Assembly: GCA_009602735.1 (NCBI GenBank)
Contig: WELA01000963.1
Coordinates: forward strand, 4,215 to 37,556
DNA: 33,342 nt
Direction of reading: 5' to 3'
DNA from: Mesotaenium endlicherianum
Lineage: Eukaryota
The notes beneath the pieces are model-generated. The model did not search any database and had not been told where the DNA came from. It saw only the letters and a list, made by a program, of their open reading frames with translations. Made by a program: the position numbers and the translations under genes. Shown here one piece after another: positions 10,501 to 21,900 of the stretch. How positions within the stretch are numbered: position 1 is the first letter of the stretch; every line of letters begins with the position of its first letter.

Positions 10501-10880
10501 TGCTTTGCTTGCTTACATCTGACCTAGCAAAATAGACTAGATACAATTAATCTAGGCATATTCAACCGCATTCCTAACAAACTACTGCCCTTATAATCTA
10601 TACATAGATTGTGCCTAGCAAGTTAGCAAACATTATAGGCATTATGTAGGTTACACAGTGGAAGTAAAGGCAACACATGCATCTCTCTCGTTTTTCAAGT
10701 TCCACTTGTGGTGAGCATACCCTCTCATGTAAGAAACACTCTAAGAAGATCATGCCGGTGTGTAATCAGTAATATTTGGGCCAAACTTCACTCTACATGT
10801 GCAATTTTGTGGTGCTCAGTGTGATCAATAAAACTTGTTGATAAAGACACGAAGCTTTTCCCCTACTTCTTGCCTCGTTG

Positions 10881-11026
10881 TATTTGCATGGAAAACCTCT
10901 TTGTTGTCATGTTACGCTGTTCCGCATCTTCATTAAGTAATATATCGCTACTCTATTTGTATGGAAGACCTCTTTGTTGTCATGTTACGCTGTTCCGCAT
11001 CTTCATTAAGTTATATATCGCTACTC
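10881..11026. repeat. 73-bp direct tandem duplication (2 copies)
   Basis: 10881-10953 and 10954-11026, TATTTG(C/T)ATGGAA(A/G)ACCTCTTTGTTGTCATG...ATATCGCTACTC, with about 3 mismatches. Confidence 0.9.
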
Positions 11027-11826
11027 CAACAAAGTCTGCAAAGTCACTCATCAGTTGGAGTACTAATGACTTAGACGACGTGCCCAACCGTATTTGCCAG
11101 GACATCATTGTTGACACTGTAGGCTGGACCGTTATGAGGACCCAAGGTAGGAGTCAACAGGGTGGTCAAGTTGGTCCCATGGTAATCACATGGGGCAATC
11201 TTTGGACATTACCTTACAACAGGCATCCAAAATGTACGGTCTGAAGTTTCTAAGCACGTACATATAATTGCTTTGAGGTTGTAAACTTTGTAAAACTTAA
11301 GCGGCACCAAACTGGGAGTACGTCATGAGGAGTGTATTTGGTGATCTTGTCCATCCAGCAAGTCGATGTAGATTATGCAGTAGGAAATCAGTTCAAGCCC
11401 TGGATGGGGTGGGCTTCCAGGGTGGGCTGCCAGCGTATCACCCTCTTAGGCGGGGAATGGAGAGAACTGGCCACATTAGCAAGCTGAGCCAGAATGTCTT
11501 CTAAATCAGTTCATTCAAGCGTCAAAACTCAGAAGTTGCCTGTTTTGCACCTTTTGTACGCCCATCTTGAGGCATTCACAGCAATGTACATAAATCATTA
11601 TGAGGACATGCACAAAAACAAATGATGTTGCATGATGAACATCACTGTAACCAGATCTAGCCAAGATTGTTCAGATCCCGCATACCCACCATCTTCTTTC
11701 TTGAAGGTAAAGTTTAGGAGTCCGCACCTCAAAGCTTCTAGCCTATACGTACAAAGTAGGCTCCATATGGACCCCACGAGCTTAGGCGCGACCAAATGGC
11801 CCGTTTAAGTAGACAGAAAAAATCTA

Positions 11827-14162
11827 TCACCTACCCGACCTCCTGGAGCTCAATAATGCGATAGGACTGCTAGCCTTCTGCAAACTAGCCATCTCGCGGT
11901 TGTACTTGACAGCTTTTTTCAGTTGCTGCAACGAGTGGTCCATCTTCGGAACCTTTCGTTGAGGAGACGAGCCAGCTGTTTGCTGCTGTGCCTCACCACT
12001 TGAAACAACAAGGCTGGCATGCTGCTTATCCAGTCCGTCTCCATCTCCTTCACCTCGTGGTGGATCAGCACTATCCTCCACAAGCTTGCCGCGCGCTCGA
12101 GTAGCAGCAGCAGGATCCTCAGCAGATAAGCCAGCAGCTGCTCCGGCACCCAAGTCTACAGCAGTGGAGTCATCACGTGCGCCAGCACGGCCCGGATCCC
12201 CTGCTTCTCCCCCCCCTCCTCTTCCACCAGGGCTCGTGCCGTGCGCTACTCCTTCGTGGCCCAGCTGCTGCCCCGCCTCCAAAGCCATGTCTCTCCCAAC
12301 TGGCACGGGAGCAGCACACGGCAGGGACTCGAGCAGATCCTCATGCAGCGTCGCCGGCACTCCATCTCCCACTACAACTTGCTGCAGCTCATGCAGGCCC
12401 TGAGCAGCGGCAGCGCTGCCCGAGTCTAGTGTGGGCTGCTCCGAGGCTGCGCCAGGATGCACGCCTCGTTTGCCTCGGGCGCCATTGTTGTCGGCGTCCT
12501 CAGCTGGACCCGGAGCACCTTCCACGTTTTCCCTACAAAGCTCCTCGGCCTCAGAGGCCTGCTCCCCACCAGGCGCGTTGATCAAGTAGGTGGCAGCAGC
12601 AGCAGTGGGAGCAGCAGCTCCAGCAGCAGCGGCTTCTCCTCCTCCCTCCTCCTCTCCCTCTCCTGCTGGGGCTGCGGCTGCTTCTGCGGCCTCGTGCTCC
12701 TCGCGCAACGCGCTAGGCATGGGCATGGGCATGGGCGTGGCAGTGCACCCAGCACCAGCACCGGCAGCAGCGCCAGCTCCAGCATCGCTCGTGCAAGCTT
12801 TCGAGCCAGAAGGAGCACCGCCTCCTGCGCTGCCCTCCCCGCTCCTCTCGTCCTGCTTATCGGTGCCCACACCAAGCTCCCCAAGCCTGCGCAGGTTCCC
12901 CTCCAGGGAGCGCACAGGGGCAGCTGTGGCCCCATGCTGGCCATCGCCCTGCGGAGATGCTCGCGGGGGACACTCAGAGGGGCGAGCAGGAGGAGGTGTT
13001 GGCAGAGATTCAGAGCACTCTCCGCGGGCGGTTGACAGGGCTTCCCCATGCGATGATCCTGGGCGCTTCTTGGCCCAGCCCTTGCCCCCATTTCCCGACG
13101 TGCGCACCGATCCCAGTGAGGTCAGAGACACCTCGGGGCTGGTGGGGGGCACGAGAGCAAGAGCGCGCGACACGGGCACCACGATGCTCAGCTGCTTGCC
13201 ACCTGGCACTGCCTCGTTCCCCAGCTCCTCTACAGCCTCTGAGTCCCGAGGGTCAAGGCTCCCCGGCACAAAGCCTTCTGTAGGAGACACCTTGCTCGAG
13301 GGAGCTCCTGCTCCTGCCCCTGATCTTGCTGCACGTGAGGGTGCCTGTGCACTCGGAGAGCCACCTCCTTCTCCTACAGCTCCTCCTTTCCTGCTCTTGC
13401 ATATCCTCTTGATGTCAGGCAGGCCGGAAACAAGTGGCGTGCCGCCATCGCCACCGCCCTGCCTGGTCATCCGGCGCCCCGCCGGAGTCCCGCCGCTGTC
13501 CCCCCTGGCAGCGCCGCCCCCCTTCCTCCCCCTTCTGCTGCCAACAGACCCGGGAGTGCTTGCCTTTGCCACCGTTGCGTCGCCCTCCTGGGCACTGTTG
13601 CCATTCGCATGCACCTCCCCGGGTCTCCCTGCGCCCGCACCCCCGAGGTCTTCGGAGTCACCTCCACTGAGGACCCCCACAGGGCCCTGAGCAGCCGCCG
13701 GCGCTTCGGCTCTGCTCGTGCCTCCAGCTCCCTCTGGGTCAGTCCCGCCCTCCTCCAGCCCCCCTGGCTGACTCGAGTCTTCCTTTCCCGGGGCCTGCGG
13801 CGGCTCCTTCTCGCTACTCTCTTCAAGAGCAGTCGGGCCGCCGCTCGTGGCAGCAGCTCCACCAGTCCCTGCAGGGCTGTGGCTCGGGCCCATGACGGCT
13901 TCAAGCAGCGGGGCAGGCGGCGTGCCGCGTCGCGCACTCATCCTCCTCGGGCTTGCGCCACTCGCGCAGGGCTCGCTAGCGCCTTCGTTCGTGCGGGCGC
14001 CTTTCTGGAGGCTGTTGGCCGGGCTGCTCTGCACCGCTGCCTTCCTACAGGGCCGGCCCCTCTTCTTGGGCGGCTGCTGCTGCTGCTGCTGCTGCAAGTC
14101 GCGGCCCTCTTCTTCACCTCTGCTGCTCGGCTCATCCTCCTTGGTCACCGTGCGCTCCACAG
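11827..14162 (-). CDS. Large probable terminal exon: ~778 aa disordered region with AT-hook
   Basis: Acceptor tcag|CT is phase 1 and matches the upstream donor; open 2.3-kb frame; KKRGRPCRK near the start; TGA at 11827-11829. Confidence 0.68.
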
Positions 14163-17100
14163 CTGACATATATCACCAGTCACATCGACGGGGGGATCGC
14201 ACACAGTGGGCGCGTCAACAATGCCCAGCCCGTTGCACATGCACATCTGCAGCATACAGTTGCCAAATAGGCAAATCACAACCCCTCCCTGCAACAGTCT
14301 GATGGAGAGCATCCTGCAGAAGTTGGACACTGCGTGCCCAGATTCTGATGAGAATTGTGGTGAGCCCACACTATGCTTTGGCTTGCACGCTCCTCTCCTC
14401 AATGCGACCTTGGTTTGGGCTCATTCACTCGTGACATGGCTTCCGAGGCAACATCAAGTTTTGAAGGCACACAGACTCAACCAAGCCAAACCTCAATCCA
14501 TCACGCAGTTACGGGCGAACCACTCCCCACGCCTCGGACTTTCATAGCCAAGAACTGGTGACAGCACACACGCTCACTCACCAATATGCACACCGCGGTC
14601 TGCGATGCTCCCCCCGACGGTGACAGTAATGCCTTCTTGAGGAGACTCCTCCTGGCCTGAGGGTGGCAGTGCACCAGCGCTCGCTCCCCCTCCATCTTCC
14701 GCTGCCGTTCCCGCTTCTGCTCCTGCTCCACTGACAGCAGCAGAGACTGGGAGGGGGTCCCTGACAGCCTCTGCTGCAGCACCGTGCGCGTCCGCAGCTG
14801 CTTCGCCCTCCCCCCAACCCTCGCCGCGCTTGCCAATGGCCTCTGGCATGGCAGCAGCAGCAGCAGCAGCAGCAGGTGCAGGAGCTGCTTCTCCCTCTCC
14901 CCCGGCTCGCTGATTGCGCCTGCCCTGCCTCGTAGCCCTCGCTGACTCCCCCTGCCCGCTTCCTCCTGCGGCAGCCTCTGTCTCCCCGGCACCACTCTCA
15001 GGCGGGGGTGTCCCCAGTCTCTCTGGCGCACAGAGCGGGGCGTCTGCAGAGCCCAGGCCCTGCCCCGGGTGGCGGCCCCCCTCTGCATCCAGCGCGGCCG
15101 GCTGCCCCAGTTGCACGCGGGAGAAGTAATGCACCAGGGTCTTGCCCTTGTGCGGCCCCGGGCCCCCCTTGCTCTTTCTGCGTGCCTGCGTGCCCTTCTT
15201 CTTATGCGCCTGTTCCTTGCCACCCAGCACCTCGGCATTGGCTGCCGCCACCGCCGCCGCTGCCGCCGTCGCTACTGCTGAGATAGGAAGTGGAGGTGGG
15301 AGTGGGGGCGAGGGACGGATAGCTTCTCCGGCTGCTTCTCGCTTGATGAAGGCGAGGATATCGAGCGAGGCTGGACCCGTCCACACCGTCCTGGTGGCCC
15401 TGCCATTGCCCCTGGGTTTCCTTCTCTCGCCACGTTTGCCCTTCACGGGGCGTGCTCCTGCGGTCCCGCCAGGCGAGCCGGGCACCTGCGATCCCTCGAC
15501 GCCATCTGGCACCCTGTGGCGGCGCTGCTCTGCAGCCCTCTCCCGCATCGCCTTCCTCTTCAACATCCTTGCCACCTTCCAGTGGACCCGGGAGGCCTTC
15601 TTCTCGCCAGAGCTCCCCCCCGCCTCTTCCAGGCGCCTCCTCTTGCTCCTCCCGGCATCAGCGCCCTCACCTGCCTCCTCCGACGCATCGCTCTCCCCCT
15701 TCCCCTCTTCTTTTCTGTGCCCCCTGGCATCGCCCTCCTCGACGGCCGTTCGCACAGCCTCTTCCTCTGCAGGCTGCGCTGCAGCTGCACCTTCGGCAGC
15801 AGCAAGCCAGCTAGAAGCAGCATCAGTCTTTGTCTGCAAGCCCTGTTCTCTCATCAAGCCCCGTGGTGCTCTCCCCTCCACTTCGGGTGAAGACAAGGCA
15901 CCCGCACCCGCACCCATACTCGCACCTGCATCCCCACCCGCACTCAGTGCCTGCTCGCTCGGACCATTCTTGCTCTTTCTCCTCTTGCGCACCAGGCTGC
16001 CATCATCTGAGCGTTCTCCCAGTTCTTCCTCCGCAGCCGACCGCCCCTTCGACTGCCCTTCGGGCCGACTCTTGTCAACCTGCACAGTCGCATTCAGCGC
16101 ATCCTGTGCATCCAGTCCCTCCCCGCGGCTCGTCCTGCCCCTCAGGCTGATGCACACTCGAAGCTTGCCCGGCATCCTCCTCTCTGGGCTGCCTCGACCA
16201 TGCTCCCTCCCGCCCTCCTCCTCCCCTTCGGTGCCGGAGCTGCCGCTCTCGCTGGCGCGCCCCCTCGCACGCGTGCCGCCATCCTTCTTACCGCCATCCC
16301 CGCCCGCCAGCACGATCCTCCTCCTGCCCTTGGGTCTCTTCACACCTGGCACCTCTATGGCTTCCGAGACACCCTCCTGGCCCGGCACCCCGAGGCAAGC
16401 GTCGTCGCCGGCAGCGGCGCCTCTGGGAGGCCTTATCACGAGCCTCGGCAGGCACGTGCCCTTCTTCGACCTCTCCGCCTCCTTTTCACAACCCCTCCCA
16501 GCCCCTGCAACAGCCCCGCCCAGAGCCACTCCGGCCCCCTCCACTCCTCGCTCCTCCTGCTCACTGTCCTCACCCTTCTCCTCCTCCTCCTCCTGCCCGA
16601 CCGCCACCGCCTCTCGCCTTCGCTTGCTGGCCCTCCTGGCCAGTAGGTCCCCCTGGGCTGAACTACCTTCAGCAACACTAATAGCAGCAGTACCTACGGC
16701 TGGAGCTAGGGCTGGGGCTGGGTCTAGGGCTGCCGCCGCGGTCACCTGGGCGCCCCCCCCTGGCTGAGAGACGGCAGGCCCCCTCCTGTGGGACCTGGGA
16801 AGCTTCAGCCGCAGGACCAAGCGGGAGCGGGGGCTCCTGGCATCGTCGTCGTCGTCAGCGAGGCCGAGCTCCTGTGCGAGCTGCAGGCCCGCGGGCAAGA
16901 GCGGCGGCACGGCCTTGTGCAGCGCCAGGGCTCCCGGGAACACCAGCATCTGCAGCTCCCCACGCACCCTGCGGAACTGCAGAGGAGGAAGCAAGGCCCC
17001 AGGGACAGAGACAGTCCCAGAGTGAGAGAAGGCGAGAGGGATAGAGAGGGGGCCAAGCACGTAGGCACAGAAGAACAGACCCAGCCGGGCAGTAAAGAAG

Positions 17101-18109
17101 GGGTTGGGTGCGCCACACCAGCAGTCGCAAGGCAGCTGCTTCTGCTGGACCGGCGCGACAAGAAAAATGCAAGGATGCAGTTTGAAGATTAGCGAGAGCA
17201 TATGCGCACACGTGCGAGAGAACTGGTCGTGCGGCGACATGCATACTTGCAACCACGAGGGGCAATGGGGCTTCTTCAATACATGGCACTTGCACACATG
17301 CATGCACAACCTTTCATTCTCAATCACTCCTACGAAACCGAGCCTCAACCAGACAGGGGACGACAATCCTCCTCTCTCCCGCAAGCACCCAATGGGAAGC
17401 AATGCCCTCCTCCCCCCCACCCTGTCTCCCTTTCCATTCCTGTCCCTCAGATACTGACCTGGTCTTCCGGCATGCGTGAAAAGCTGAAGCTGTGCAGCCA
17501 AGTGTCAGCGGCCTCCTTGGCAGCGGGCAAGCACAAGGTGTCCACGTGCAGCACCGCCAGCAGCCACTCTACTGCCGCCAGCAGGCCCTTGCAGTGGCCC
17601 TGCTCCCCCACCCCCCCCAAGCAACCCCCACAGCCACCCCAACACCACGAGCAATGTGAGTCCAAGGGCTGCACGGACTGGGACAGCTGGCAGGCAAGCA
17701 GCCAGAACCGGAGGCTCCGCATCGCAGGCAGAGCCGCACACACTCGTTCGCGCATGCACACACTGCTGATGCTGCAATCTAACGCTGCCAGTCTGCTGCT
17801 GGAGAGGGAAAATCCACGGCCTGCGGCAGAACAAGCCCTCAAAGGGAAACAAGAGGCACAAGCCAGCCACCTGCAAGGGCGGCGCCCCGAGCCATATCCT
17901 CCTTCAAGCCTCACGTCTCTCGAGCCCCTCCCCTCCCCGCCCCATCCCGCCCCGCCCTTGCATTCCAAGTTTGTGCGGCCCCATCTCAAGCCCAGACAAG
18001 AGTCGGCTCCGCAGAGCTCTACTGCCTGAAAGGAGGGGAACCCACTCTCAAGGAAGCGAGCTGGCTATCAAGGCTGTGTGCTTTACACAAGGTGTTAGCA
18101 TGGAACCAG

Positions 18110-18153
<44 letters not shown>

Positions 18154-21100
18154 TAGGCAGGCAGGCGGGCAGGCGACCAGGCTTAGATCGGTGGCTCTTT
18201 CCAATTACAGCGCAATACTGTGCAGCAGGAACCGACGAAGGGTGGGAAGCAGCACACCTGGCGGCGGGCGGAGGTGGAGGTGGCCACCAGCGGCATCTCC
18301 GCCAGCTGGCCTCCGAAGATGCGCAGGCACGCGGCCGACACGGGCTTGTCCCTGCTTCCCCCAACCCATCGCACAAGGAGAACACCCGCACCGACCCCCA
18401 CACTGATTAGGCACATGTGCGGCGCTTGCGGCCGGCTCAGTCCACCCCCTCCGAGAAACAGCCAGCAAACTTCCGCACTGCTCGTGAGCAACCCGGGCAG
18501 GCGAACAGGCAGGCAGGCATTCAGGCAGGCAGCCGGGCAGGCAATCGGGCGAGCAAGGACAGACATTGCTGCGGGGACGGGTTGGAGGAGGCCAGCTTCA
18601 GAGGCCACCTCGCGTGCACTGCACTGCTGGGCAAGTACATGCATGGCTGCTGGAGAGTGCTCCGCTCCGCCGATACAGGTCGGCAAGCACAAGCCCACGA
18701 GAGAACGTTCAAAAAGCACATGCTCGACAGAGGCGCTCTGCACAATGCGCGCAGACAAATGCAAGCACTGAGTGAGAATGCCAAGAGCACAGCAAATCTC
18801 CCCCCCCCNNNNNNNNNCCCCCCTCTCACAACCCCCCCCGGCAACACACGCACACGTGCTCAGAATCGTGCACACGCCAGCACCCAGCCACAACTAATGT
18901 GGCCCACCATCAGGTCTTTCCCAAAACTTCAGCTCAAGCCCAAACTAGCTGTGATAGCACAGCCTCAAAATCCTGTAAGTTGACAGCAGAGAGGGGGGCA
19001 GGAGAAGGAGGGGAGCTGAGGGGAAGGAGGGGGGGGAGGGAGAGAGTTGAGGAGGCAGGGGGGCAGGGCTCACAGATAGCGCAGCACCAGAGTATACATG
19101 CCGCTGAAGTCGTGGTCCCTCGTGCTCCGGCTGCTCACTCACCCCCACAGTCGCGCACCCGCGCGGACACGCAGGACGAAGATGAGAGCATGAGCAAGGG
19201 AGGACTGCCCACCCGCTGCGCAGCCTCTCTGGTGCCGGCGAGCGGCGGCCCAATCGACAGAGGGTGCAGCGCACACCCTGCGGTGGCTGCAAGAGAAGGA
19301 CTGTGAGGAGGCGCGTGCGAGCACGTCTCACACACAAACCCCCATTCTCTTTCGCTTTACGCGCACCCACTAATCACACCCTAGTTGCCAGCTCGCGGAG
19401 AAACATGCGCATGTAGTCCGCCGCAGGCAGGCAGGCAGGCAGGCAGGCAGCTCACCTGTGAACCATAAGGGGGATGAGGTTGCGACCCGTGGAGCTGTCG
19501 ATGATGGGATCGAACGACTCCTGCCACCCGGAACCGGCAGAGCAGCAGCAAAGACGCCCCTTTTCGCTCAGCCACCACCAATAGGAGCGAGGGAGCGTGC
19601 ACTTGCCAGGTGGATGGCACAGCAGCAGCTGCCCTCTCAGACATACAGCGGGAGGAAAAGCGCCCGGGGTGCTGTCTGTGGCAACATGCAAGCAGTTTCA
19701 TGCTTATGGCACAAACTGCAGGCAAGACTGCGGGCCCAGGTGAGAGGCAACGAGTGACAGGAGAGAGCATTAGCGCAGGCAGGAGTCAGGGAGAGAGCGC
19801 CAGGCTACCTGCGTCTCGCACGCTCAAGAGCCCCAACCAGAAGCTTGAGAAGCACAGGTCCCACAGGCCCAATTGTAAAGCATAGATCTAGTGCTCAGAG
19901 GAATCACACACACGCAAGCACACACACACACACACAGAGAGAGAGGGGGGGGAAGGGGGAGAGAGAGAGAGCGTAAGGCAAGCCTCTGACCGTAAACATG
20001 TGAACCACAGCCGCAAGCGCCTTCCCGTTGAGGGGGTCTCCCCGGCGGCCCCGCAGGAGCTGCCACGTCCAGCTGGCGCCCTCTCCTCCACCGCCGCTCC
20101 TCCCAACCGCCCCCCGAGGCCCAGCCCCAGCCCCAGGCGCAGGCTTGGGGCCGGGGCATCCCGGGACCTCCAGGTTGCGGCGCGCGAGCAGCTGCAGGAG
20201 CACGGAGTGGATGTGCTGGCAGCGCGAGCTGCAGAACCACTCGCCCTCGGGGAGCTGGCGCAGGTCCTCCAGGCCGTGGTCGCGCAGGCAGCCCACGTGG
20301 AACTCGCGCTCGCACTGGTCGCACAGCATGATGGTGCGCACGCCGAACCCCGACTTGGCAAAGTCGTGCGTCCTGCTCCGCTCTTCCTCCCATACGCACG
20401 CGCACACAGAGGAGCGCAGACAGGCGAAGGAATTTGAGGACAGGCCTTGGAGCGCGCACCCTTACCCCCCCCCCCCCAAAACACATCTCATTTTTGGGTG
20501 CCCGGACAGGGGCACAATCAGGCGAGGGGAGTGTAAGAAGAGGGCTTAGAGTGCATGTGCCTGAGATATAGCAGCTGGGAGGCAAAGATCACAGCTCTTA
20601 GCGATGCTGTCGGTCATCTGACAAATCCACTCTTTCCCTCCCCCCCCCCCAATCCTCCCTCGAGATTGCAGGAAGGAAGGAAGTACATCCACCTCACCCA
20701 GGAATTATCGCTCGTTCACACGTGCAAGCAACCGCGCACACGCACACACACATATGCACTCTCACACGCGAGCGCAAAAAACCCGTAGAGGCAGAGCAGG
20801 AAAAAGGAGCTGGAGCATACCCGGAGCGACAGAGCACGCAGCCGCCGCCCGCCGGCTCGAGGTCGTTGAGCAGGCGCTTGCAGCGTGCCAGCACGCCGTC
20901 GTTGGCCGTCCTGCCACCTGGTGCTGCTGCTGCTGCAGCAGCGCCTGCACTGAAGCCGCCCTTGAGGTGCCCTCGGGACGCCCTTCCAGGGCCCTCCCTG
21001 GGAGGCGTGCCCCCGCGGCTCTTCTCGCAGGCTGGGCAATACCAGTCCCCCGCTGGAATGGCCGCCAGCCCTACGCACTCTGCAACACACAACGCCCGCG

Positions 21101-21869
21101 CGCGGGCGCGTGCACGCACACGTGGCCACCTGTTAGCTCGGGTAGCAAGGCTGCTTGATGGCGCTTCACCAAGATGAGCTGAGGAGCGCTGGCTGTGGTG
21201 CTGCTGGGCTGGCTGACAGCAGCGGCTTGTCGCCCGCCGTCCAGTGATTCCTGGAGGAGCTGCAAATTCGCACGAAAGAAGGCCCTACTACCCAAGAAGG
21301 GGCAGACAGCCCAGCCGGAAGACAAGAGCATGAGGATATCACATGACAAAGCAGCAAGGACTAACCAGCACGTGCGCCCCCCCCNNNNNNNNNNNNNNNN
21401 NNNNNNNNNNNNNNNNNNNNNNNNNNNNNNNNNNNNNNNNNNNNNNNNNNNNNNNTCCCTCCCCCCTTTCTTCCCCCAACGCTTCCCCCTCTTCAGGAGG
21501 GGGCAGAAGAACCTGCCTGAGAAAACACCACAGCAGTGCTTTGCGGCGCAAACACACACATTACCCCCCCCTCGCAAACGAGCAGTGGTGCATGAAGCAG
21601 GTGACGAGAATAGGATGGGGCGAAGTTTGGAGCATGCAAAGTACTTACATCCGTACCTGCATGATAAGCTGCAGGGCAGCCATCGCAGAGCACCAGGTTG
21701 CCGCCATCTCCGCACTCGCCACACGTGTCCGCGCTCGCGTCGGCCTGCACACTCCCTCCCTCCTCCACCTCTCCTCCGGGGGCAGTCTTGGTCGCCAGCT
21801 GGAGCGCCGCCTCGTGGAGGGACCTCCCGTCCTCCAGGAAGATGCTATTGTACCTGTCAGCCGCAACAT

Positions 21870-21900
<31 letters not shown>

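Noticed and set aside
8962..11800. Short ORFs in the AT-rich region (9074, 9650, 10870, 11598)
   Set aside because: No recognisable motifs; likely decayed repeats or 3' flank.
12086..16767. Long + strand ORFs (366 aa, 541 aa and others)
   Set aside because: Antisense shadows of GC-rich coding exons; Ser/Pro/Ala-rich with no domain signal.
16977..17501. N-terminal ~175 aa of the 975-aa ORF
   Set aside because: Read-through of an intron (16977-17458) and an off-frame part of the preceding exon; GNAT homology resumes only at the 16976 acceptor.
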